A stretch of 64,000 nucleotides of DNA from Amoebophrya sp. A120 (taxonomy: Eukaryota; Protista; Dinoflagellata). Location: contig CAJINV010000001.1 in NCBI GenBank assembly GCA_905178155.1, positions 13,018,635-13,082,634 of the forward strand, read 5' to 3'. The notes under the pieces are model-generated. The model saw nothing but the letters and a program-made list of their open reading frames with translations. It had not been told where the DNA came from and ran no database searches. Positions 13,101 to 25,200 of this stretch are shown one piece after another (within the stretch, counting starts at the first letter, position 1; every line of letters starts with the position of its first letter). The position numbers and the translations under genes are program-made.

Positions 13101-13687
13101 AGAGCTTTATTAGCACCGGGTGGCAATACCGGGGCTACTCTCTTCGGGGCTTTTGGTTCATCTTGCAGAAGAGGTTTGTTCCCATTTTTTACCAGCGGCG
13201 CAATCGGGGTTGGTGGACCACGGGGCGGATGACCGGCTGCGCCAGCTTTTGCAACTGCAAGTGGTGGTGGTGGCGGCACTGCGGCGTTTTCCTTTCCCTC
13301 CGGCAGCGACCGCGCGTCGTTGATTCCGATCGCTTGTGGCGGCCGACGTGGTGGGCCTCCTGGTCCTCCTGCGAGGAGCTTTTGTGCATACGACGCGATC
13401 TTGTTGCTTGGCTGGCTCGGGGGATTTTTCGGGTTGTTCGACGCCATCATTACCTCCCCCGAAGGCAAAGGCTTGTTGTTGTTCGGCTTCGCGCCTGCAG
13501 CTTTTGCTGCCCAAGACAACGTTGTTGATGTCTTCGGCTCTTCATTGCTGGCCGCTGCCAGCGCCGGAGTCGCGGTCGTTTTAGGAGAAGGTAGTAGATT
13601 CGGGCTCGACGTACTCGGACCTGGGCGGGTAGATGTGTCCGTGGTGCACTTGCTGCCGCCTTTGGGGCCCCAACAGACTTCCGGCAT
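10112..13687 (-). CDS. eIF4E-family cap-binding protein with long N-terminal extension and a ~600-aa PAM2-containing insertion; GT-AG intron 10403-10630
   Basis: eIF4E core motifs HLLETPWTFSY ... LGTFETVEEFFRYY..RPSEL..CFRQGHRPAWEDYPQGGCW | LNRMWEALLFALVGEEF..VVGCMVSTRKVDLLQLW; phase-0 junction CAG|gtatga...cacag|AAG; start codon uncertain. Confidence 0.88.
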
Positions 13688-15277
13688 GATATCTGGTGTC
13701 GGTGGAGGCAATAACTGCAACTGCAAGAAGGCACTACTATACCAAAGTCAAAAGCGTAATTACGTATGGATAAGCGGTTCCTTGAAGAAAAGTGATTTCT
13801 CACTGGGGATTCAAGTTAAAGCGATCGACGAATAAAAATTGTTCAGCCTTCTAAGAGATTCAGTTTTTCTTTTTACAACAGCCTCGAAAATTTCATCTCC
13901 AACACCTTGATCATATTTCTGACTTCTGTCTGACAGAGAGAGATAGATGATGGTTGGTCAAGAAATGCGTATCATGGTGCCAGTAGCGAAACTGCATCGC
14001 TCTGCTTTTTATTTTTCTAGCAGATATGCTTCCCATCAATAAAAATTCAAATTCATTATGATCTTGACCTTAATATTTTTGTGGGTGTGATACTCCGCCC
14101 TCTGCTTCTGCAGCAAGATACACATTACTAAGTACAAGCAGATGGACCTCTTCGTTTGACAAAACATTTACAACATTGGTGGACCTCCATTTGATCTACC
14201 TTGTTATTGTTTGACGTGAGTTTCATTCTGATCTTGATCATTTTTTCGCTTGTAGCTTCGTCTTCAACCGGATCGGATGGTTCCTTAATTTGAGAAACTT
14301 CTGACAGAATCTGACTAAAGCGTCGTCCGGCGCTGCAAATATCGACAAAAAAAATAAGGGCGACACCACAAACTGATGACATGAATCAATCCTCGCGCGG
14401 AACAATTCAAATGCGTGCCGGTCATGGTGACCTTCTGTTTTTCATGTTCAGTTGTCCTATCCGATCGCGACTTTTGTATTACTTATGTTTAGTCTTGGTC
14501 TTTGACAACATTTTCCACATACGGATGGACAAGGATATGCTATGACTATGCTAAACCAATAAACTTCCCTACAATTATGCTATGGGTATGGAGGTGGTGA
14601 TATTCATTCTTATAAATATGTGGTCATTGTTCATCATGCTCATGCTGAGGACACTGAGAGAATTAGAAACGTCTCCTGTGGTACCTGTGGAAACAAGAAA
14701 CAATGAAACAACAGTTACGATTTCTTCGTCGATTGAAATGGCAAGAAAAAAATACGACTCATGATTCTGTGCTGGCGGATAGGCGAGTTCCAAAAAATGC
14801 AGCCACATCATTTTACGTTTACGTCTATTTTTGTTTTTCTTTTTGGTTTTGCGGTCCATTTGAATGAGGATATGATGAGGATATTTCATACTTCATCGTT
14901 TACGTTAGTTATTCACTGAAACAGGCATGTACTACTGCTTTCAGAAACCGAAAATTTGAAAAGATTATCTGCCATATACGAGCTTTGATCCTTTTCCTCG
15001 TATACTGGTCTATGACTTCTATATCAAAATCAATCACAATCTACTTACTTATCATGCAGACGTGACCAACAGCACCAAGTTGCACTGTTGATGGTGCCGC
15101 CGGGCTTTGACTTTGATCACATGCCTTTCTTTGTGTTTTCGGAGATCGAGATACATGGCGATGCGTAGAAAAAAACTGCGTACAAATATCTGTAAGAACG
15201 ATGAGAGTGATACTTTTACACGCTTCGGTACTAAATACCAGACCGCCTACACGTCGGCTATGCTGTCCTCTTTTTTC

Positions 15278-18200
15278 CTACCATATCGTCGAGAAGCGCT
15301 TTCCCCTTCCGGAATCGTTGGCGTTATTAATATGGTGCTTCTTCATCAGCTCAGCACCTCCACTGCACTGACCTCCGAACGACATCAACGCCCAGGTGTT
15401 CATCATTTTTCCCGCCTCGCACTGGTTCCAGCATTCGCTAGTCAGGGTTAGCTCCACATGGCGGTCCAGATTAAAACCCGCAAGAATCTCAATCATGTCG
15501 TCGATCGGCCACGTACTACTACTAGCACCCATCCCTGGAACTCGTTCAAAAATGATGCGGTCGGCGTCATGTTGACCGACACACACGGCCAAAATTTTTG
15601 CGACCAGTGCCTTGAACTCCTGTTTTTTCGCCTCGTCGCAGAACCGCAGAGTGCCGTCGTGTGGGTTTTCAAAGACTTCTTGCTCCTGCGGACGATGATG
15701 TTGATCCTGATGACGCATGCTAGTATCAAGAGAAAAACAGCAGTTCAGAAGATCAAACGGAATCGGTGTTGGCAAAAACGGCGCGCCATACATCAGGGGA
15801 GCACGGATCAAGGCCAAATCCTTCATGTGCACAAACGGTGTGGCTCTGGCTCTTTCGACAACGTCGACGTGATCCTCGTGGTAATGGAATTTTCCCTGCA
15901 GCAGCTGCTCTTTCGCCAAAGAAAACGATGTGCGCAAGAGCAGACTATCGGTGTTTGGTGACAAGAGTTGGGAAGTCTTGTTCTTCAAAGAGTTGTTGAA
16001 GTTTCGCCAGTCTCTCATCGCTGTCGACCGTTCAAATTCACCCAGCGAACAGCCTGAAGAGAGAGGACCATCAGGTAGTTGTACTCGGGGCTCGTGGTTC
16101 AACATCGCCATGTGCATCGCAACCGCCGAGAGAAATTCGTATGGGTTCGCGAACAAGGAACCTGTCGCAAAATTCCGACTCTCTTGCTGCAGATAGCTGG
16201 CATCTGACGGATGAAACACTTCGACTTCTCGTCGCTCCACATTCCTGGAGGATGAAAGGTTGTTCATCTTGTAGTTGCTGCTGTAATTTCTTCCGTTTCC
16301 CGCGCCGCTCGTTGTGTTCAGCCGGAAACCATCAGATTTGCATGTCACACGCAGTTCGTTCTCCATCTCATGCTCGGCATGGTGAAAGTCCGCGGCAGCT
16401 GGTACTAGCAGCTTTTCGAACTCGTGCATATCGGGAACAATTCGAACAATCACCGATCGTTTGGGCCGAGTACCAACAATCGAAGGGGAAGAATGCTGCT
16501 TGTTCTGGTTGATCCGATTGAAATTGGTTGTAGGAGCTCTAAGGTCGTGCGTCGTCATCATCTCGTTGTCTTCCGCGGCGAAATGCTGCTCCATCAAAAC
16601 GTCGCAACTGTTCTTCAGTGCCAGTTTCAATGCCGGCGGAGCTTGACTGCGACAGTACGAATGGTAGTTCTGCGCGCGAGGCGAGTGCAACAATTCCTGC
16701 ACATCAGTGCTCTTAAAACCCAAGGTTTTTCCGTGGGTGAAGGGGTTCCAGTGGCTCGCGTTTTTATCCACCAGGCTGTTCATCATGATCTGCGGGTATA
16801 ATTCATAGTACCGTGACATGTCCAACGTCATGTTGTTGCGATCTTGATACCACTTCTGCGAAAACGCGGGACTCTGGTCCCAGTAGTTCTGGTTGCAGTT
16901 CGTCTGCGATTGTTCTTGCTCCTGCGGCTGCGGCAGAAACGGGTTGTACAGCCTCTTGTTCGCATTCTGCATCCCTGGCGTCAGAGTCTGTTGGAACAAC
17001 GGAGTGGAAAACTCGGCGCAATTGTTCGTTTGTGTGGCTGTAGAGCAGCAGGTCTTGTTGCTTCTCATATTCATCATGATCGTGTTGCCATTGTGAAGAT
17101 TGCCATGCTGCGGAACAAGACCTTCCCGTCCCATAGCGGTGCTCATCTGCGACGAAACGAAGGGGTTCCGTAGAAAGTCGCCAGAAACAGGGTTTTGGTG
17201 GTGCTGGACGGCTGCACCCGGGAAGGAAGAGGCAAACGCAACCGCCCTGGCGGTCCCACTGGCAGACCGCCGTGCTGACGCACTCCTGGTGTTGTTTTTG
17301 TTACCGAACGAAGATGACAGCGTGTTGGGTTCCCGGTCCAATGCGGTCCGCGGCGACCCTGAGCGCGACCGAGACGACGAGCGGCGCGGCATACTGTTGG
17401 CGGCTCCGAAACTCCGCATCAGGTTGATGTCCGCGCCACTGTTGTAATTCCGTCCAGAAAGCTCGTGCACTAAATCGCGCGTATCCACGCTAATACTCCG
17501 CCGATTGCGGGAAAGCAGTGCCGTGTTAGTTTTCACCAGTAAGTCTTCGAAAAAGGGATCGGAGGAAGGCGTATGGAAGCGTCAGGTTTGAAATCGTCAA
17601 AGTTGAAATAATTTGTAATGCTAAACCGACCGAAACCACTACACAACCTGTAAGGGCACCGAACCGCACGTGGTTCGGCCACCAGGTCGCGGAGTCAGGC
17701 GGACCGAAGCCATCACCATCATCTGTAATAATTTGTAATGCATAAAATGCATGGCCCGAGGTGCGTGCGTTGCAGAGCAGGCAAGTGAGGCCAATTGTAA
17801 GCCTGTTTGGGGCTACAGCTCGAGCTGCTAAAGTAGCATGAGAAAACCACTCTTCTTTGCCTAAACAGCATGACAAACTGGATTTAGGGACCACCGAAAT
17901 TTGTCATGCGCCACTTGGAAACTGGGTTCCAACTGGCATCCATTTTATGCATGACAAATTATTTCAACTTTGACGATTTCAACTCTGACACATCCATAAG
18001 GCGGAATCGAAATTTCGTCGTCGTCAAGTGTGCGGCTCAAATAATCCGCAACAGACCCTGTGTCATTTTTTGCGAGTTCGGAGTTCCACGGATCTTCGCG
18101 TCCTCCGGTCTTGTCGGCGTTGAGAAAGCGCTGCAACTGCTGCTCCTGCTCATAATGGTGGTGCATCGTGGTCTGTACCTGCTGCTGGTCTTGCATGGGC

Positions 18201-20950
18201 AGAGACAAGCGGCGCGCACCGAAACGCAGGGAGCGACCGCCCGACATGTCGGTCCCTTTCGGCGCGGACGAGGACATGGGGCGCGAAGGTGGGGTGGGCT
18301 GAAAAATACTGCTTCCACCACCCAGAAGCATTGCGCCTTGATCGTGAAGTTGATGACCTCCAAACCCGTCCGTGTTGCTGTTGTTCTGGAACATCAGCGG
18401 CTTGTTCACGTTGCCCATCTGAAGTTGCGCGGCCTGGTCCCGCACGATTTGGCCCACCTGGCGCTGAATGAGATTTTGCGCATACTCGGCGATGTGGTCG
18501 CGGTGGTCGCGGATCATTTGGTCAACTTCTTGTTCGACCGCCGATCCGACCATCTGCAGTTGCATTTCATGCGAGGCGGATAGCAAGTCCCTGTCCCGGC
18601 CCGCGGCGAACTTGTTGTTTAGAGAAAACCGCCTTGTAGCGCCAGTACTTGAACAATAAGGTTGTTGGTCGTGTTTTGCACGACGAGCTAAATCTTCGCC
18701 GTGTAGACCTCCGCGTCTAGTACCCTCTTGGTCGTCGCAGGCATCAAACGAGCGGTAGAAGCCGCTACCCTTGACAAACCTCGTAGCCTTACCGAAGTCG
18801 TACATGTCGACGTTTGCCATATCAAACGGCCCGTTGAAATCCAGAGCCACGTCGGTAGCGCGGACTTGCGGTTGCAGAGTGTTTCCGTGGATGAAGTTCT
18901 GAAGGTTTTTGTTTCTGTTTGCTGCATTCTCTGCACGACCACCCAGCTTGCGCATGAACGTGGCGTCCAATCTGCTGGGATCGTAGAGCGTCACCGAAGG
19001 GTTTTGCAAGTGCGAATGGATCTTGGTCATCTGCTGTTTGTTCCCGCCCTGCTCAGGGTGGTAGCATCCGTGTTGAAAGGCTTGCAAGGTTCCGGTTGCA
19101 AGGGCCACTAAGACCGCCTGTAAACGGGACAGGGGCTGCAGTGAATGAAAACTGTCGCGAGAGTCGACGTCTGCCTGGCTGTCGTGATGGTCGTTGATGT
19201 TGAGTTTTGGCATCTTCATCATATCGCTGCTGTGAAGATTCTTCATCGTGTGCTGCAAGTGGAAGTGCTGGGCATCAAAGTCGAACATCTTGGACTGCGA
19301 CATCATCATGGCACTTCCCGCCACGTCGTCGTGAACGCCTCCAACCTTGCTGTTCAAGAGCAGCTCCTGCGTGCACGAGCGCAGATGCTCAAGCCACACG
19401 GCGGCTGGCACCAGGCGCCAGTCCCGGGGGTCCGCGTGAAACTGGAGCAGCGAGGAACAAACCGTATCGTCGAGAATGCAACTTTTCGAGACAAACGAAA
19501 GCCGCTCCACAAGTTCGTGTGGCGAAAGGTCGTGTCGAGATGAGATGAGTCCGGGATTCACGTAGATTTGCACCGGCCGCGGAAGAGTTGTGCGAGTTGT
19601 CGTTAACATCAAGCGAGGCGTCATGGAGGAAATTCCCGCGCAAGAGGAATTCTTCATCGTGCTGTGCTGCATCATCGTGCTCCAGTTCGTGTCAAGAGCA
19701 CTGTAGCAGCCCCGGTGTTCGTGTTCCGCGTGCTGGTCCCGCCGGTACAACCGCTGCTGTTCGCCATCCAGCTGATAATTCTGGTCGTTTTGAAGCCGGA
19801 ACGACCGGCTGCCTCCGTGCGGGACTGGATCAATACTGTTGTTTCCGTACAGCATCCCACCCACCAGCGGGCGCCACGAAGATTGCTTGTTTGAAGTAGC
19901 CGCGGGCCCCCCAGGGTGTGTCTCCGTTGGAATAAAGAAGTGCTGGTGCTGTGTGCCCGTGAGGCCACCAAGTCCCTGCTCGGAAGGGGCTGCCACAGGA
20001 GACACTGTGCTGCTGGTGATACGCCGTGGAGTGAAGAAACCTGTGCTCGGTTTTTGCTCAACATCTCGACCACGGGCACTGCCGTACGCGAGAGGTGGCC
20101 GTGGCGGATAGTCGTGGTGCTGGTGCTGGCGATCGCCGCCCAGAGTGTGCTCCTGAGCAGAATTTCGAATAGCGGACGAAGAATTGATGTTTCCCCCGGC
20201 CAGACGCGGCGATATCATGCACGCAGGTCCTCCAAGTGGTTGCGGGCCGCGATGCTGCTCGCGGATGTTCCGCATTCGTTCGGCGCTGCGGCCCCGGGGA
20301 GACTGCAGTATCGGCAAGTGGATCCGCGGTAAATGCATGCGATCATGCATTACCTCCATCTGCAAACGCTCGGCCTCGTTTTGAAAAGAGGCATCGTTGT
20401 CGCGGATCATGCGTTCCCGACCCGACTTTGGACTTCCCTTGTTGTACTCGTCGTATTGCAACAAGGTGGGGGCAGCAGCAGAACGCGGATGCGTCTGCTG
20501 CGAGTGACGGTGTTGTTCTTCGGCCGCTTCGGAATAGGAATACTGCTCATGGTGCCCGCTGCGAGAATGATGACTTTCGACACCGTTCCCGTTCGCATGA
20601 ACATGATACTGGTCGGACGATGAATATTTGCCGTGTTGAAGGGCGGAATAGTCATGAGGAACTACCTGGGTAGACTCGTGCTCCGGAAGATTCGAGCGGC
20701 CTTCGTCCGTGCCCAGCATTGTCGAGTAGAAGTCATCATTTTTGTTGGAAGAATACGCCACAGGCTTGGATGTTTCCGAACTCTGCTTGTACTTCGTACC
20801 AGCGTGCCAGGAGGTCGCTTGTTTGTCGTAGTTAGCATCACGGTCCTGGCTTCTTCCACCGCGGGAGGAACCTTGCTGAGCGCTTCGAGCGGTAGCCGGC
20901 CGAGCTCCGGCTCCAGGGTCCGTGTACTCTTGGCGCGAACGCCACGACAT
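15278..20950 (-). CDS. Hypothetical ~1746-aa low-complexity protein split by an introner
   Basis: ORFs 17945..20950 and 15278..17536 share a frame; removing 432 bp (element + TSD) gives ..EISIPP|SSDPFFEDLLVKTNTA..; no family recognised. Confidence 0.7.
17572..17998. mobile_element. Introner family C, long copy (427 bp, carries a nested 120-bp insertion)
   Basis: TIR tatggaagcgtcaggtttgaaatcgtcaaagttgaaata / tatttcaactttgacgatttcaactctgacacatccata; TSD AGGCG at 17567-17571 and 17999-18003; interior homologous to the copies at 27480 and 29048. Confidence 0.92.
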
Positions 20951-22263
20951 CTTGTTGAATCTTGATGCTCCTAATGCAACGCTCCTACGTCGTGGTCCTA
21001 GTTCTAGTACCTATTGCTCTTGATTTTGATTCTAGTACCTTTATGCTTTATAATCCAGTTGTTGTGGGGGTGAACAGCAACAGACTGTACCCGTACTTCG
21101 CTGCTGCTGTAGCTGTAGGAGGTATTAACGAAACAAATGCGTATGTGGAGTAGTAGCGAAATGAATTTGATCGCGTTCGTTCAAAAAAAAAAACACGGAT
21201 CACCGAAATTCAGGAGAAGAAGAAAAGGGAAAGTAAAACGCTTTCCTTCCCGCCAAAGAGCAAAAAATTCAAAGAATGAATTTACTGCACCTGTTGAAAG
21301 AAGAAGAACAAGCTCCGATCGTGTAATAGCCTCATGGTCATGACCAGCACAGCAAAGCAAAAAAAACGAACCGAGGGGCCGACAGCCGCAGCGATCCAAA
21401 AAAAAAAGATGAAGATCCAAATTTGTACAGCGTAGGCCGGGAGCGGAAAAGTGAAGAACAGCATCAAAAAAAAAAAGGAAATACACACACACACACAGTA
21501 GCACAATCTCAAACCTGTCAATCAGGTTGATGTCAGAGAAAATGTAAGTAGCTGCTCTCTTCTTGTCTCGTATCTGTACATCATACACTAGAAAAGACTC
21601 TCCGCACAGCGCGATCTGCAGCAGATTTTCACGCTAGCGTAAGAAGTCGTTGTCAACCAGACATGTTGGTGCATCGGAAGCAGATTTTAGCATGTGCATC
21701 TTTTTCCTGTGCTTTCTTTCCTTTCCAACGTATGACACACAACATGACAAATGTATTTTTTCTTTCCTCGCAGTGGCGGTCGACGAATGAAATCCAGAAG
21801 AAGGAAGATCGAGGTCCTTCTGTCTCTTCTGAAGCTTATGGCTTTGAAGGCGAAGCGTGCGGCTTTCTATGACTATGCGCTTGTTTCTCACTGTGGTTCG
21901 TGGCTCTTCGTGTACTGGCAGCATGTGCATATTGGCGGCGTCATCACGACACGGAGGAGAGCGCTTTTTTGTTTCAAGTTTCGCAACAATTTCTTCACAG
22001 TTTTTTGCTTCTGTTTCCAGAAACGAAAATCGCTAATTTCTTCTGTAGTTGTAGCAAAGGCCAAGCGACAGGTCTTTCACACGCGGCTTAGCGCTAGAAG
22101 CTACCGTTCTTGCTGCACCACGTTCTGCTTGTTCCACCGACTGCCCATGTACATCTTGCAGCTTTCATCATCTACTTCAATAGCAACCGCTCCCGTAACA
22201 GGTACTTCCTCAATCATCACACAGGACACAATTACTGGAGCCGGTTATCTTGTGCCAAAGATT

Positions 22264-25200
22264 CTAGTTATCGTCGCCATTTGTTGCATCGTCTTGACCG
22301 CCATGCTCGCGAGTTCTGCCCGGGCTTCGTAATCGGGCCGACGACGTTGGTGGGGATTTCCTTGCGCTCTTTTTCGAGGATGACGACGCTGCAGCGCCTG
22401 GCATTGGTGATGCTGATCTTCTGGCTTGCGACAGTTTGCTGCTCGACTTCTTGTTACCAGCTGAGGACGGAACACCTCCTGCTAGGCCCGTCGTTCGCGT
22501 TCCCGTCGGGGGTGGTGATGGCGGCGGACTCGGGGACGACGAAATCCTGCTGCTGGTGCTGGGTTTCGGTGAAAAAGTTGGACTAGCCTTACTTCTCGTC
22601 GCACCAAGAGCAACACTCGACGAGGGTCCTCCTTTGATGGCCGACGAGGCGGAAAATCCAGAAGATCCCCGAGCGACGGGTGGTCGCCGAGCCGAGATTT
22701 TCGCCAGGGCCTCAGCGCTTGCAGAGGCAGCGCTGCTCCGGACCATTGCATTGCTAGATGTACTACCACCTGAGGGTCGTGGGGATGAGCCCTTTGCAGG
22801 CGCCGGGCTGCGACGAGTGGATGTAGAAGTGACCGCTGTTCCGTCACGCACACTCCTGGACGAAGGTGTGCCTGCGCGCGCACCTGCCAATGGTGTCGTT
22901 TTCGGGCGCGGTGCGACGCTGTCCTGCGAGGATCGTGCACTGGAAAGGCTTCCGGAGGATTTCGATTTTATCTTCTTCTTTCGCACCAGACCACTGGTGG
23001 CAGCATCTACTCCGTCAGGAAGCTTGCTCTCAACAATGTCTTGCGGATCAGAAGTGATAAATTCAGCACGCGCGACGCCGGCGCCCAGGGGAAACGCCTG
23101 CTGTTCCGGTACTGAGACTGTGGCTGCCCCTATTACGGACGTTGGCGCTTCCTCGTCGTCCAAGGCGGGTACAAGTGCCTCAACACCGGGAGCAAGGAGA
23201 TTCAAGTGCTCGTCCTGTAGTTCACCAGTATTTCGCTGATGCTCTTCGGCAGAGCGTGTCGCTGGTGAAGAAGTGTGCGCGAAAATGTGATCAGCTAGAC
23301 GAGAGTCCGCGGCCAGAGCCTGGTCGTATTTCCGTACAACTCGCGGGTCTTCGTGTGCCTCGTCTGGGAGATGATGTGCCCCTGCAGCCGAACTTTGTGG
23401 CGGAGAAAGTGCAGCGGCAGCACTAGTGTCCGCTGCTCCTGATGAAGTTGTTTCTGGTCTTGTTGCTGCATCTTCTGCTTCAGCGTCTTCCGGAGCGCCA
23501 CGCGCAAAGCCATCGTCACAAACTGCAGTGTTGGCGGCGTCGGCGATGGCAGTATCGACACTTGGGCCTATTGCGGCTGAAACTGCAGCGGGGGGTGTCG
23601 TGGAGGAGTCGAGGATCAGGCTGTTCTGTTCTACTGCCGGCGCACCGAGGCTGCTCTGTTCTCCTCCAAGTACACCGTCAACAGTGCCGAGTTGTAAATG
23701 CACGTGCTCCTGCTCGTGAAAATGCTCGCCTGCTGCACCGAGATGCAATGCCGTTGCGACGGGTTCTTCAGGCGTTTGCTCTACTTCAAAGTGGACTGAC
23801 ACAGATTGCGGAAATGGAGGGGGTGGAACGTAGTGAGAATTCGTGCCCGCATCTTCGCCCGCGTTGTCGGTGTGCTCAGGTCCTGCTACGGCTTCCTCTG
23901 TGCCTGCTGTGCCTTCACGACCGGTTTGCTTTTCTTTCGTTGTGTCGCGGTCTTCGAGCGACAGTCTTGCGCCAAGCAGTGGAACTACTAGGGCTTCATC
24001 TTCGCGCACGCTACCACTTCGCTGCTCCCCCCGCTCCTGCTGTTCCACTTCGAGCAAGTTTTTTTCGAGATCGACGCTGCTGTCTTGGAGGCCAACTCGC
24101 GGCTCGGACAAAAGCCCTTGTCGATCCGCTGCAACCTCGTCGAGGACAGACAACGGAGACTGGGCCTCGCGGGCCTCGCTGGATTTCATGCTCCAGGGGG
24201 AGAATAGCCTCGACCAGATAGGTAAGCGGCTCCCCGGCGAGGAGTCCGAGCGGTCGACCGACGCCTCGGCGTAAGAACCACCTTGGCCGCGCGCTCCGCT
24301 CGGGGGCGCACCGGGAGAACCACCTGTAAAATCGATACTTGCGAGGAGTTTTCAAGGAGAATCATCATGTCCATGTGGCCTACAAATGCCTATGGTGCCG
24401 CCAAGTCGAATTTGTTGATAAATAAAGGAACATCAAGTTGTAAAGAAGTACCATATTCGCTTCCACCGATGGTGGTGACACCGTCCCCGACCGACTCGCC
24501 GCGGGACGAGCCGCATGCGGCGCCGAGCAACAGAAACGCGAGGGCGACCAGAAACAGCATCGGGAGAAAGGCTGCAGCTCCTTCGAACGCGAAGGCTTCG
24601 TCCACCCAGGCCAGCGGGTCAAACCCGCGAGAGGGGACGGCCACGCGGTGGTGCTCCTCCGCACTTTCATTAGCGTCAACGCAGTAGTCCCAACGCGGAT
24701 ACCAATGGAATCCTAGAAGTGACAACGCGGAGCTCTCTGGACAGGAAATCGGGTCCACGGCGCACCACTGGTAGGAACGCCTGTAAAAAAAGGGTTGGGT
24801 TTTCTTTCAAGAACAAGAAGGACTTTCACTTTTATACGTAACGAATTCTTGTTGATCTTATGCAAGTGCCGCCCTCGACGTCAGAGCACAGTGTGATGTT
24901 CGTTATCGGCACCAAAAGTCAACAAGTACTAGCTTGTTGTACTTGTACGTATAGACTTACTTGTTACCCTGCGTGCTTGCATCCGTAATTGAGGAAGCAG
25001 TTTGCTCCAAGAAGCCAGTCATCGCAGTTCACCCATTGAGGCTCGCACTGGCAGCCCAAGGTCGTGGTGAAGAAGCGACAGGTATCCGTAGCGATCCAGT
25101 TGCCATCGTTTTGACACTCCGCAACTGGTGAGCCAGTATACCCAAGTTCGCAAACAAAGGCGATTCGTTCACCGGCGTAGGAACTCTTCAACACGAGGTG

